Shown here piece by piece: positions 50,804 through 59,584 of a DNA stretch of 64,000 nucleotides (the first letter of the stretch is position 1; the number at the start of each line of letters is the position of its first letter). Made by a program: the position numbers and the translations under genes. Below the pieces are notes generated by a model. The model was not told the origin of the DNA, searched no databases, and saw only the letters and a list, made by a program, of their open reading frames with translations. The stretch is from Synergistales bacterium (GTDB lineage: Bacteria > Synergistota > Synergistia > Synergistales > JAFGMB01), in contig OY762654.1 of NCBI GenBank assembly GCA_963666205.1, forward strand, positions 646,611-710,610. The letters run 5' to 3'.

Positions 50804-52201
50804 TCAGGGTTTTTCCTTTCCATCCCATTCATTCTTCAATCTCTGGACAATTTGGGGGAAATCCCTGATGATCTGAAAAAAACGCAGACCTATAAGGTTA
50901 AGCTTTGAAGAAGAAGACTCTACAGGTTCCTCCCCTGCAAGTTCTATAACAGGAGATTTCGGTCGGGCAAGGACCTGACTCGGATAAACACTTCTATGCC
51001 CACAGACAAAGAAGGAGGTAATGCACGAGATAGCCGCCATAGCGGCTATTTTCCCACCAAACAGTTCAATGGCCATTATAGTAGCAGCGATAGGAGTATT
51101 GGCACATCCGGAAAGGACAGATACAAAACCAAGGGGACCATAAAGAAGGGGACTCAATCCAAAGATTGACGCAAAGGTTATACCGGAAGTGGCACCTATA
51201 AAGAATACTGGAGTGACAATTCCACCACTGCCCCCACAGCTGAGGGTAATACTTGTAAATATGGACTTCCAGAGGAAACTCCAGAATGGAACGGTACCTC
51301 CGGTAAGAGCCGCATCGATGGTTTCTGTCCCAAGGCCAAGATACCTGTTACCAAGAAAAAGAGTAAGACCCAGAATTGTAATGGAACCAACCAGAGCTTT
51401 GGAAACAAGGCCGCCCTTCATCCTCTTAAAAAGGAACTCGAAGAATCTGAGTATCTCGATATGCATGAAAGATACCATTCCAAAAAACACACCTGCAATT
51501 ATAAGCCACATGAAAGAGGGAGCGGAAAGAGAAGGAATGATAGTTTCAGGAAGGGAATAATATGTCATTCCCAGTTTTTCTGCAACATGGTAGGATACGA
51601 CACCGCTGATAAAAGACGGCAACATGACATCATAGTACATCTGCCCGATATAGAGCACTTCAAGGCCAAAAACAGCCCCGGCTATCGGGGTTCCGAAAAC
51701 TGCTGAAAAACCAGCTGATATCCCGCATATAACAAGTTTTTTCCTATCAGTCTCATTAAAGCCCATAAAGTCGGCGAGACTTGACGTAAGACCTGCTCCG
51801 ATCTGCGCAGCAGGACCTTCCTTGCCGGCAGAACCACCAACTGCAAGTGTAATTATTGTAGTAACAAGCTTTACTGGAATAACTTTTATATCGATTCGAC
51901 CTGCTCGCTTGTGGATGGCCTCAATAACCTTTTCAGTTCCATGTCCCCTTGCTTCCGGGGCAAAATACCTGATGCTCAAGGTAGTAACAATAATGCCAAC
52001 GGGAAGAAGAAGATAGACCGAATGGGCTGGGAGATTCTTCACAAAATCAATGGCAAATTCAAGATTGTCAATAAAGAAAGCGGTCATTGTCCCTACCAGG
52101 GCTCCTGCAACCACAGCCATTATCAACCATTTAACAAGTGCATAAGTTAAAATAAATTCTTCTTTCATCACATGACCGATCTTATGTTTCAGCAGTACCA
52201 C
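50804..52201 (-). CDS. ClC-family chloride/proton channel-transporter
   Basis: 465 aa (alternative start MKEEF at 52168). Selectivity motifs GSAGKEGP and FGTPIAGAVFGLE. ~10-12 TM segments. Confidence 0.85.
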   Translation of the reverse strand: MVLLKHKIGHVMKEEFILTYALVKWLIMAVVAGALVGTMTAFFIDNLEFAIDFVKNLPAHSVYLLLPVGIIVTTLSIRYFAPEARGHGTEKVIEAIHKRAGRIDIKVIPVKLVTTIITLAVGGSAGKEGPAAQIGAGLTSSLADFMGFNETDRKKLVICGISAGFSAVFGTPIAGAVFGLEVLYIGQMYYDVMLPSFISGVVSYHVAEKLGMTYYSLPETIIPSLSAPSFMWLIIAGVFFGMVSFMHIEILRFFEFLFKRMKGGLVSKALVGSITILGLTLFLGNRYLGLGTETIDAALTGGTVPFWSFLWKSIFTSITLSCGGSGGIVTPVFFIGATSGITFASIFGLSPLLYGPLGFVSVLSGCANTPIAATIMAIELFGGKIAAMAAISCITSFFVCGHRSVYPSQVLARPKSPVIELAGEEPVESSSSKLNLIGLRFFQIIRDFPQIVQRLKNEWDGKEKP

Positions 52202-52368
52202 TCCGATTTGAATTGAAAAGATTTGATTCTGCAGATTCAGTATTACACAGTAACCCTATCGAGATATAACATTCTTTCATCACGTAAACATTAGGAATAT
52301 TATCACAATAGGGACCTAAACCAAAGGGAAGAGAACAGGTTTATTCTAAAAATACAAAAAATAAGAGG

Positions 52369-52821
52369 TTATACGGATATTACTAGAGCATTCAGCACTA
52401 TTTTCCATGCGGCAAGATCATCTATCTCTCTTGGTGGCAACTGGAGGGAAATGGGTATAAGTTTCCTTATACCTTTGGGAGGATGGAGTTTCCAATAAAG
52501 AGACCTGGCTCCAAGGGTTGTGCCATACTCCGATACAATTCGGGGAATATACCCCTTACTTTGTAAAAGGCCAAGATAGAAATTAGAGTATGTACCTCCT
52601 CCAAGGATGATCTCCGGTTGAAAAACATCAGGAAGGCTATCAATAAAACCTTCGACAACGAAAGGTTTTAACTCATACCAGTTCGAATTCTCCAGAATAA
52701 TAATAAATTCCTCAAAATCACTCCGGGAAATAATTCCTGAGAGAAGGAGTTCTCCCTTTCCAGAAACAAAAGCCCAACCGACCTTGAAAGTTCCCGGATC
52801 GATGCCTAGGTAAATATTCAT
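52369..52821 (-). CDS. Divergent YqgF/RuvX-like RNase H-fold nuclease (putative)
   Basis: Start at MNIYLGIDPGTFKVGWAFV (ATGA overlap with the upstream stop); the ORF-track start 52887 lies inside the upstream gene. C-terminal EYGTTLGAR...IDDLAAWKIV resembles the YqgF DE.(T/S)T..A / D..AA..IL motifs. Confidence 0.4.
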   Translation of the reverse strand: MNIYLGIDPGTFKVGWAFVSGKGELLLSGIISRSDFEEFIIILENSNWYELKPFVVEGFIDSLPDVFQPEIILGGGTYSNFYLGLLQSKGYIPRIVSEYGTTLGARSLYWKLHPPKGIRKLIPISLQLPPREIDDLAAWKIVLNALVISV

Positions 52822-53720
52822 TTCCCTAGTGTACTTGCCCATCTGGGATAAAGCCAGAACCACTGCTCCGGGTAAAGCTTTATCCATGTACTCAGGATGT
52901 CATTACATACTTCTGTTGATCTCTCAACATCCTCTCCGAAGGGTTTCCCTTCCGGATCTTCAAGGGGAGGCAGTATATGGATATCATGGTGGATATGATC
53001 TTCCTTCCTCACTATAAAAACAGGAAGGACAGGACATCCCAGTTTATGGGCAATCTTCACCGGACCATAGGGAGTACTTGCAGGCAGGTCAAGGAAAGGA
53101 ACGACGACTCCCTTTTCCTTGGCATCCTGATCAATCAGGATGCCAAGGATCTCTCCTCTTCGAAGACACTGGATGGCGCTTTTCAGGCTGAAACCCTTGC
53201 TGATAGTTTTCACACCCAACTTATTTCTTGTTTCAATGATAAGATCAGTGATCCTGGGATCTCTCTGCCGGGCACCAATGGCATTCATGGGAAATCCTCG
53301 TTTTGCAACGCTGGCTGCAAGCAATTCCCAGTTTCCGAAATGGGCAGTCAGGAAAATGACACCCTTTCCCTTTTTCATTGCTTTTACAAGGTTGTCCTCT
53401 CCATGGAAGGTTACAAGCTCCTCAATGTTCTCAGTTTCTGACATCCGGAGAATCTCTGCTACTGAACGCCCAAGATTAGCATATGATTCTCTGACGATCT
53501 TTCTAGCCTTTGTCACACCTGTTCCCAGGGCCATTACAGCATTCTTTTCAGCTTTATCAACTTTTGTTTTGCTCAGGATCCATAACAGCACCCCCATATC
53601 TGCTCCGACCCTTATGGAAAAGAAGCCCGGCAACTTTACAAATATGAATTTCAAAACATTGACAGTAATCCAAGTAAACTCCATTTTAAGTTTCAAGTTG
53701 TTTCCTCCTTTAACTTCCAT
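52818..53720 (-). CDS. Lipid A biosynthesis (Kdo2-lipid IVA) late acyltransferase family protein (LpxL/HtrB-like)
   Basis: 300 aa. N-terminal anchor, LTAHFGNWELL (H-x4-E acyltransferase motif), PYGPVKIAHKLGCPVLPVF. Confidence 0.75.
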   Translation of the reverse strand: MEVKGGNNLKLKMEFTWITVNVLKFIFVKLPGFFSIRVGADMGVLLWILSKTKVDKAEKNAVMALGTGVTKARKIVRESYANLGRSVAEILRMSETENIEELVTFHGEDNLVKAMKKGKGVIFLTAHFGNWELLAASVAKRGFPMNAIGARQRDPRITDLIIETRNKLGVKTISKGFSLKSAIQCLRRGEILGILIDQDAKEKGVVVPFLDLPASTPYGPVKIAHKLGCPVLPVFIVRKEDHIHHDIHILPPLEDPEGKPFGEDVERSTEVCNDILSTWIKLYPEQWFWLYPRWASTLGK

Positions 53721-53802
53721 GATTATTATAGCTAAAGGTTTTGATTATGGGGCAAAATCGAGATATACTTAAATTATCAGAATATTTGGGAGGTAGTGCA
53801 TT

Positions 53803-54612
53803 ATGCTTACAAGAATACTTTACCCTGTGGATCTGACGCCTCTGTCACAGAAAGGGCTTCAATGGGTTGCCAACCGTGTCTTAAGGGAAAGTTCTGAAAT
53901 GGTTGCGGTTCATGTAGTAAACCCTGTTGTTGCAGGAATGGATACTCCCAGATACGTTCATGACGCAGAGATAAGTCTGGACACTCTATGTCAGACCGTC
54001 ATTCCCGACCATATCCACTATAAAATAATAGCTGTTGCCGGGGAACAAATGGATATTTTACCACGAATAGCCCATTCGGAAAAATGTACCTTTGCCATAC
54101 TGCCAGTCAGAAAAAATGAAGACATAGTTCCCCTTGTAAGACATATGGCCATTCCCCAGTTCCTTCTAAAGACAGAAGAAGGAGATCTACCGGAAGAAGA
54201 TGTGTTCAACCGTATAGTGATGGCTGTTGATCTATCCCCTGACAGGACAGATATTCTTATTAGCAAGATGAAAGACCTTCTTTCGGGATCATCAGTCAAT
54301 TCAGAAATAACGCTCCTTCACGGGGTGCCACTGGAAGAAGCACAAGGCTCCCAGATCCTCGTTAACGCCGCGGAAGAAGCGCTTCATGAGGTTGAGAACA
54401 CGCTGAAGACATGGAACAGTTCTACTGTATCAGAACTGCTGAGCGGCCAGCCGGAGGAAGAACTTCCCCGGAGGATCAACGAGATCCATCCTACACTTCT
54501 CGTTGTGGGGCTTTCACTACATGGTGAATTATGGCAGCTCATACTGGGAAGCACAGCCATTGCTCTGATAGAAAATACGACATGCCCGGTGCTTATAATT
54601 CCCACTTCTTGA
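53803..54612 (+). CDS. Tandem universal stress protein (two USP domains)
   Basis: 269 aa. Two ~135-aa halves, each starting ...ILYPVDLTP / IVMAVDLSP. The second half ends LLVVGLSLHGEL...GSTAIALIENTTCPVLIIP. Confidence 0.75.
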   Translation: MLTRILYPVDLTPLSQKGLQWVANRVLRESSEMVAVHVVNPVVAGMDTPRYVHDAEISLDTLCQTVIPDHIHYKIIAVAGEQMDILPRIAHSEKCTFAILPVRKNEDIVPLVRHMAIPQFLLKTEEGDLPEEDVFNRIVMAVDLSPDRTDILISKMKDLLSGSSVNSEITLLHGVPLEEAQGSQILVNAAEEALHEVENTLKTWNSSTVSELLSGQPEEELPRRINEIHPTLLVVGLSLHGELWQLILGSTAIALIENTTCPVLIIPTS

Positions 54613-54660
54613 CAGCATACCCCCGCTTGGTATAATACCCCTAAAGGGTATTATCAGGAG

Positions 54661-55119
54661 GTGGATTTGTTGTTAAGGACAGGTTCAGCAGTTTTATATC
54701 TTGCTGTTATAACTTTAGGATTGAAGTTTCCATTGCTGGGAATACTTGTTTTCGGGATTCTCGGCGTAATGGTTCTGGCAGGTCGAAGAAAGAAATGGTG
54801 TTCAAGTTACTGCCCAAGGGGGAGTTTCCTTGATCTTCTTATTTCCAGGATCTCACCACGAAAACCCATACCACGGTGGTTCTTCGGCAAATTTTCGCGA
54901 TATTCTGCCCTCACCATTTTTATTACTATATTCCTGTTACAGCTCTGGCGGGGACAGTTCTTTTTCGGATGGCCCGATAATGGATTAATACAACTGGGCA
55001 AGATATTTGTCAGGATGTGCATTATATCCTCCGGTGTAGCCATTCCCCTGGCTCTATGGAAAAATCAGAGAACGTGGTGTTCCTTGTGCCCGGTAGGAAA
55101 CCTTCTCAGAAGGATATAG
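54661..55119 (+). CDS. Membrane protein with two Cys-x3-Cys-Pro motifs (4Fe-4S binding-domain family)
   Basis: 152 aa, GTG start. Hydrophobic segments plus CSSYCPRGSFLD and CSLCPVGNLL. Confidence 0.5.
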   Translation: MDLLLRTGSAVLYLAVITLGLKFPLLGILVFGILGVMVLAGRRKKWCSSYCPRGSFLDLLISRISPRKPIPRWFFGKFSRYSALTIFITIFLLQLWRGQFFFGWPDNGLIQLGKIFVRMCIISSGVAIPLALWKNQRTWCSLCPVGNLLRRI

Positions 55120-55140
55120 GCTTGCAAATCCCATGCAGCA

Positions 55141-55183
55141 ACAAGAGGAGGGCGAATTCTTCAGGAATTCGCCCTCCTCTTGT
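55141..55183. terminator. Perfect 19-bp hairpin between convergent genes (bidirectional terminator)
   Basis: ACAAGAGGAGGGCGAATTC (55141-55159), loop TTCAG, GAATTCGCCCTCCTCTTGT (55165-55183), then TTTTAT on the plus strand. Confidence 0.8.
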
Positions 55184-55193
55184 TTTATGCGTC

Positions 55194-56006
55194 TCAGGAT
55201 ACCTGGTCATCAAAGGAAAGCTTTATAACCGCTTCAGAATTAATGACCCTGAATGTGAAGGACTCTGTCACGAACAGTCTTACTTTCTCTGTCGTTCTGC
55301 TGTGGTATCCTATGGAATAATCCTGGCCAATTATCATCTCCATATCGCCACCCCTGGTTGAGACCAGATAGGACTGATCAATGGAAGGAGAAAGGATTAC
55401 ACCTCCATCCGCAATCGATTCTATCCTTTTTTTCAGGGGATATCCCTCTGATTTGCTCAGAATCATATGCCAGAGATCTTTATCTGCTACAAGGGTATAT
55501 GGCCCTTCGACCGAATCTGAATCAAATTTGATCACGGCTCTTGAAAGAAGATCAACTACTCTGTTTCTGGAGCCGGAAATGATGTTCTCTTCCGCTACAG
55601 CAGAGATACCCTTTATAAATGCTGTATCCAGACCATTGTAAATGGTTTCTTCCTCGAAAAGAGCCATTTTACGGACAGCCTTTTCCAGACCTGAAAGATC
55701 GGGATCCTTTGATCCCCTGGAAATATTATCGAGCTCCCATACATCAAGCTCAAAAAAAGCGCGACCTTCTACAAGAGGCATAACCTGGTGTATGCCATAC
55801 TGGACCCCATCTTCTTCCTGATCAGGGGGAACGGATAGTCGACCCATGGAAGTGGCTGCATAATCCCAGCCGAAAGGTCCTCTTACATCTATAAATTTCC
55901 TTGCCGAAAGGTTGGATCTGAGTATTCTCGATGCCTGGAGATCTATCTCTCCCCACGCCTCCTCAGTTATATTAGAAACTGTCCTTTTAAGGATGTCCAT
56001 ATACAT
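55194..56006 (-). CDS. Family 1 encapsulin nanocompartment shell protein (linocin M18-like)
   Basis: 270 aa. MDILKRTVSNITEEAWGEIDLQASRILRSNLSARKFIDVRGPFGWDYAA... is collinear with the T. maritima encapsulin N-terminus (LKRS..PLT..QW.EID..A......L.GRKFVDV.GP.GW.YAA). Confidence 0.85.
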   Translation of the reverse strand: MYMDILKRTVSNITEEAWGEIDLQASRILRSNLSARKFIDVRGPFGWDYAATSMGRLSVPPDQEEDGVQYGIHQVMPLVEGRAFFELDVWELDNISRGSKDPDLSGLEKAVRKMALFEEETIYNGLDTAFIKGISAVAEENIISGSRNRVVDLLSRAVIKFDSDSVEGPYTLVADKDLWHMILSKSEGYPLKKRIESIADGGVILSPSIDQSYLVSTRGGDMEMIIGQDYSIGYHSRTTEKVRLFVTESFTFRVINSEAVIKLSFDDQVS

Positions 56007-56031
56007 TCCCTCCTTTAGCTATACAGTACGC

Positions 56032-56382
56032 TTATTTAAGACTCCCTATATTAAGGCTCCCACCAGATACTGGCCTACTATCCGTTGCAGCTTCAGTATC
56101 TTCTATCTCTGTAACCGGAACAGAAGTAAAAAGGTACGTACGTAATTCATCTTCCCATGCAGGCATATTTCTTCGAAGCCATTCTATTACCATACAGGCA
56201 TGTTCTATTTCTTCATTACGGTTATGCTCAAGAATGGCCTTGAGCGTTGGATCCTGGGTTGTAGCTACTCGCTGATGATACCAGTCCACAGCTTCAATCT
56301 CTTCTTTAAGGCTGTTTAAGGCACGAGAAAAATCTCTGTCCTGTTGATTGAGCTCTTCCGCAGGTTCATTATATGCTGACAT
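56032..56382 (-). CDS. Encapsulated ferritin-like protein (EncFtn/Flp cargo) with C-terminal targeting peptide
   Basis: 116 aa. Ferritin-like di-iron residues (EEIEAVDWY..., NRNEEIEHACMVIEWL). The flexible tail ends GGSLNIGSLK, which matches the encapsulin cargo-loading peptide consensus (G-S-L-x-I-G-S-L-K). It lies 25 nt upstream of the shell gene. Confidence 0.8.
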   Translation of the reverse strand: MSAYNEPAEELNQQDRDFSRALNSLKEEIEAVDWYHQRVATTQDPTLKAILEHNRNEEIEHACMVIEWLRRNMPAWEDELRTYLFTSVPVTEIEDTEAATDSRPVSGGSLNIGSLK

Positions 56383-56433
56383 TCATATCCCTCCTCATCA
56401 GAAATATTATTTTTAATGCAAGATATGGACAAT

Positions 56434-56461
56434 ATTATATCGCGACAGAGTATTAATTCAA
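56434..56461 (-). promoter_or_regulatory. Candidate promoter of the flp-encapsulin operon
   Basis: Minus strand: TTGAAT (56461-56456), 16 nt, TATAAT (56439-56434), ~50 nt upstream of the flp ATG. Confidence 0.55.
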
Positions 56462-56524
56462 AGTTTGACTCGATAAACCCCTTAACATCAGGCTAGTTGA
56501 CTAGAGGAATGTGAGGTGTATTTT

Positions 56525-57703
56525 TCAGGAACGGGAACTGAGCATTTTTTCCAATCGGTCTATCCTGAAATAGATCAGATCATCAATAAATTGCACGTGG
56601 TTGAGGGGATTACCGGACATACCAAAGAGATGGGAGGGGCAATTACATTCATATGTTCCAAAACAGGGAATTGACCATTCTGCTATGCTGGAAATAGCAC
56701 TGACAAGGGCACCTTCCAGGTTATCCGCTGTGCGGATAGGTATGATTGTAACAATATCTGCCTTATTTCTCAGATAGTCTATATGCCAAGACAAGTTTGT
56801 TCTTTTTCGACGATGTCTTTCCATCATTGAATCAAGATTTTTCTCCTCAGATTGCACGTAGACATAGAAACCTTTCCTGAAATCAAGCTCTCCCAGACTT
56901 CCTACCGTTTCCTTAATGTCATGTTTCAACTCAAGTATAACCATGTAGCAACCCCTGTCGCCGGAATCCTGCTCATATATATTCCATGGAATTTCAAGCT
57001 CTTTTACCTCATTGTTCAGAAACAGATTATAATCCCATGAAACTGAAACGGCTCTGATCCTGATCACGTTGCGGTTTTTGAAAAGTACTTCTGCAAAGAG
57101 GGGATCAGTATGATATTCAGGGAGGAAAAATTCCGGCTCGGGGGAATGCACGAGGAAAAGAACAGAAACCTGATATCCCTTTCTTCCGAGGACAGCCAGT
57201 TCACTGACATGCCTGACAGCCCTTCTGGAAGGTGCATCTGGAAACATGGCTATTCTTTTCCCAAAGAGGGAACAGGATTTCACCTCAAGAATCATTTGAT
57301 TTTCTTCCCCCTCTAAAAGAAAATCAAAACGACTTTTTCCCAGGGTATACTCCTGTCTGATTACATGATAATTTACTAATGAAGGTATCCTTTTATTGTC
57401 GAGGAGCCAGCGGACAGCATGGTTAGATGTATGAGTGTTAAGCATTACAGTAGTGCCCTTCTTTTTTATACCTATCAGAGTATAACCTGTAGTTCTAGTT
57501 CTGGAGGGCTGATTAATTGAAAGTAAAACAGGGGACCCTGGAAATAGCAACTCCCAGAGCCTGCCGGGATTAGGAAGAAATACCTTTATCAGAGAACCGT
57601 TCAATTCACATTCCACAAGGAATCTGTTAATACGTCTGAGGAAGATGGATTCAACTACATTTTCGGTAGATGCAACTCTGAATACTGTGTCAGAAGGATA
57701 CAT
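56525..57703 (-). CDS. sfsA: Fusion protein: SfsA (OB + PD-(D/E)xK nuclease-like) N-terminal part and DUF123 (GIY-YIG superfamily) C-terminal part
   Basis: 392 aa. Residues ~15-240 match SfsA (RRINRFLVECELNG, SRFDFLL, ILEVKSCSL, FPDAPSRRAVRHVSEL). Residues ~250-392 match DUF123 (GCYMVILEL..., GFYVYVQSE..L..M.ERHRRKRTNLSWHIDYL). Confidence 0.75.
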   Translation of the reverse strand: MYPSDTVFRVASTENVVESIFLRRINRFLVECELNGSLIKVFLPNPGRLWELLFPGSPVLLSINQPSRTRTTGYTLIGIKKKGTTVMLNTHTSNHAVRWLLDNKRIPSLVNYHVIRQEYTLGKSRFDFLLEGEENQMILEVKSCSLFGKRIAMFPDAPSRRAVRHVSELAVLGRKGYQVSVLFLVHSPEPEFFLPEYHTDPLFAEVLFKNRNVIRIRAVSVSWDYNLFLNNEVKELEIPWNIYEQDSGDRGCYMVILELKHDIKETVGSLGELDFRKGFYVYVQSEEKNLDSMMERHRRKRTNLSWHIDYLRNKADIVTIIPIRTADNLEGALVSAISSIAEWSIPCFGTYECNCPSHLFGMSGNPLNHVQFIDDLIYFRIDRLEKMLSSRS

Positions 57704-57752
57704 GGGATAATATCTTATTTTTTCAGTATTATTATGAAAACAGGATTGATGA

Positions 57753-58214
57753 TCATTTACATATCAGTCTGGCTACTAATGGTACTGTTAACAAAACGAT
57801 TATTATCCTTATGACGTGGAAAAGTATAACTACCGGAGCATTTGCCCCCAATTCAGCAGCAGCCAGGCCAAGGCCTGAAAGACCTCCCGGGGGCATGGCA
57901 AAAAGAGCAGTGAAAAGATCTATCCCAAGATAACGGGAACATAACCAGGCTAACAGAATACTGAAACCAAGAAGGATAAAACTATAGCATACCGCTATAG
58001 GAACGATCGACGGCAGAGTTTTCATGGTTGAAATATCAGAACTTGCAACAATAACATAGGCTACCAGCATCTGGGTCACTATAGAAAGGATCCTTGTATT
58101 ATGGGACGGGACCCCTGATATGGCTTTATATAAAAGGCCTGCTATCAAACCACCTACAAGTACCCCTGCAGGAACTTTCATTACAAGACCTGAAAGACCT
58201 CCCAGAAAAACCAT
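57753..58214 (-). CDS. AbrB-family (PF05145-type) membrane protein, single-repeat form; start uncertain
   Basis: I prefer the start at MVFLGGLSGLVMKVPAGVLVGG, because the mmd-operon terminator hairpin (58328-58349) lies inside the longer 208-aa ORF. C-terminal FAMPPGGLSGLGLAAAELGAN motif. Confidence 0.5.
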   Translation of the reverse strand: MVFLGGLSGLVMKVPAGVLVGGLIAGLLYKAISGVPSHNTRILSIVTQMLVAYVIVASSDISTMKTLPSIVPIAVCYSFILLGFSILLAWLCSRYLGIDLFTALFAMPPGGLSGLGLAAAELGANAPVVILFHVIRIIIVLLTVPLVARLICK

Positions 58215-58317
58215 GACCGGCTGGAATATTTTCTTCAATTCAGAACCTCCACTATCTGACCAGAATCGGAAGATTTTCTTCAGTGGATCAAAAACGATGT
58301 AAAATTCTGTTCCGGCA

Positions 58318-58349
58318 ATAAACACAAAAGGGCTCCCTGAAGAGCCCTT
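58318..58349 (-). terminator. Terminator of the methylmalonyl-CoA decarboxylase operon
   Basis: Minus strand: AAGGGCTC-TTCAGG-GAGCCCTT followed by TTGTGTTTATT, 46 nt after the mmdB stop. Confidence 0.65.
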
Positions 58350-58394
58350 AAATAATACCCTAACTTTTGAGAAATACAACTTATGAGATTATCT

Positions 58395-59513
58395 TCAGCT
58401 CAACAGAGTAAGCATAACCCCGGCAGCGACGGCAGTACCGATTACTCCGGCCACATTCGGACCCATGGCATGCATGAGGAGGAAATTGCTGGGGTTCTCC
58501 TGCTGGCATATTCTCTGGACCACCCTGGCGGCCATGGGGACGGCACTCACTCCTGCCGCTCCTATCATGGGATTTATCTTTCCCCCGCTTATTATCTTCA
58601 TAAGCTGGCCGAAGAGGGTTCCTCCGGCGGTGCTGAAGATGAAGGCCACCAGTCCCAGAAGTATTATCTTCAGAGTTCCCAGGGTCAGGAAATATTCGGC
58701 ACTCATTGTGGCTCCTACCGACAGTCCGAGGAAGATGGTGGTGGCATTGAGTATCTCGTTCTGGGCCGCCTGGTTGAGCCTTTCCGTAACTCCGCATTCC
58801 CGGAGAAGGTTGCCGAACATGAGCACTCCTATGAGGGGTACACTTGCCGGCAGGATAAGGCCGGCTGCTATGGTGCATATGACGGGAAAGAGCACTCTCT
58901 CAAGCTTGCTAACAGGACGGAGATTGTCCATCCTTATGGCACGGTCCTCCTTCGTGGTAAGCATCCTTATCACGGGCGGCTGAATGAGGGGCACCAGGGC
59001 CATGTAGCTGTAGGCCGCCACCGCTACGGCTCCCAGTATCTGGGGTGCCAGCTTGATGGTCAGGTATATGCTCGTGGGACCGTCCGCTCCTCCTATGATG
59101 GCTATGGAGGCTGCTTCCTTCACGCTGAAACCGAGCATGAGCGCTCCGAAGAGGGCTATGAATACTCCCAGCTGCGCCGCCGCTCCAAGAAGAAAGGTTA
59201 TGGGGTTGGCCAGAAGGGGCGCAAAGTCCGTCAGCGCTCCCACTCCCATGAAGATTATTACGGGATATATCTCGTGCTGGGTTCCGAAAAATATGTAATA
59301 CAGAAATCCGCCTTCGTCCATTATCCCCGACAGAGGCAGGTTAACAAGGAGGCATCCGAAGGCTATGGGTACGAGCAGAAGGGGCTCGAATCCCTTCCTT
59401 ATGGCCAGGTAGAGCATGACGAAGGCCACAAGGAGCATGGTGATGTTACCTCCACTTATGCCGGCAAAGCCGGATTCGTTCATTATCTTGACAAGTGCTT
59501 CAAAATATACCAT
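58395..59513 (-). CDS. mmdB: Na+-translocating decarboxylase beta subunit (MmdB/OadB/GcdB family)
   Basis: 372 aa polytopic protein. IAFGCLLVNLP, IGGADGPTSIY, MGPNVAGVIGTAVAAG: the OAD_beta family pattern. Confidence 0.9.
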   Translation of the reverse strand: MVYFEALVKIMNESGFAGISGGNITMLLVAFVMLYLAIRKGFEPLLLVPIAFGCLLVNLPLSGIMDEGGFLYYIFFGTQHEIYPVIIFMGVGALTDFAPLLANPITFLLGAAAQLGVFIALFGALMLGFSVKEAASIAIIGGADGPTSIYLTIKLAPQILGAVAVAAYSYMALVPLIQPPVIRMLTTKEDRAIRMDNLRPVSKLERVLFPVICTIAAGLILPASVPLIGVLMFGNLLRECGVTERLNQAAQNEILNATTIFLGLSVGATMSAEYFLTLGTLKIILLGLVAFIFSTAGGTLFGQLMKIISGGKINPMIGAAGVSAVPMAARVVQRICQQENPSNFLLMHAMGPNVAGVIGTAVAAGVMLTLLS

Positions 59514-59584
59514 AGGGGCGTTTCTCCCTCCTTTGTCCTCTTTCCTGTTTCCCAGTCCGGTAACTGGTTAAAGGGGAGGGACTT

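Noticed and set aside
52202-52368. Fluoride (crcB-motif) riboswitch upstream of the ClC gene
   Set aside because: There is no GGCGAUG...CCUAC-type conserved core or pseudoknot partners in the 167-nt leader.
53140-53772. 210-aa plus-strand ORF antisense to the LpxL-like gene
   Set aside because: It is a shadow of a well-supported minus-strand gene with no independent signals.
58215-58379. N-terminal 55 residues of the 208-aa AbrB-like ORF
   Set aside because: This segment contains the mmd-operon terminator hairpin and T-tract. It is not hydrophobic like the rest of the protein, so a downstream start is preferred (still uncertain).
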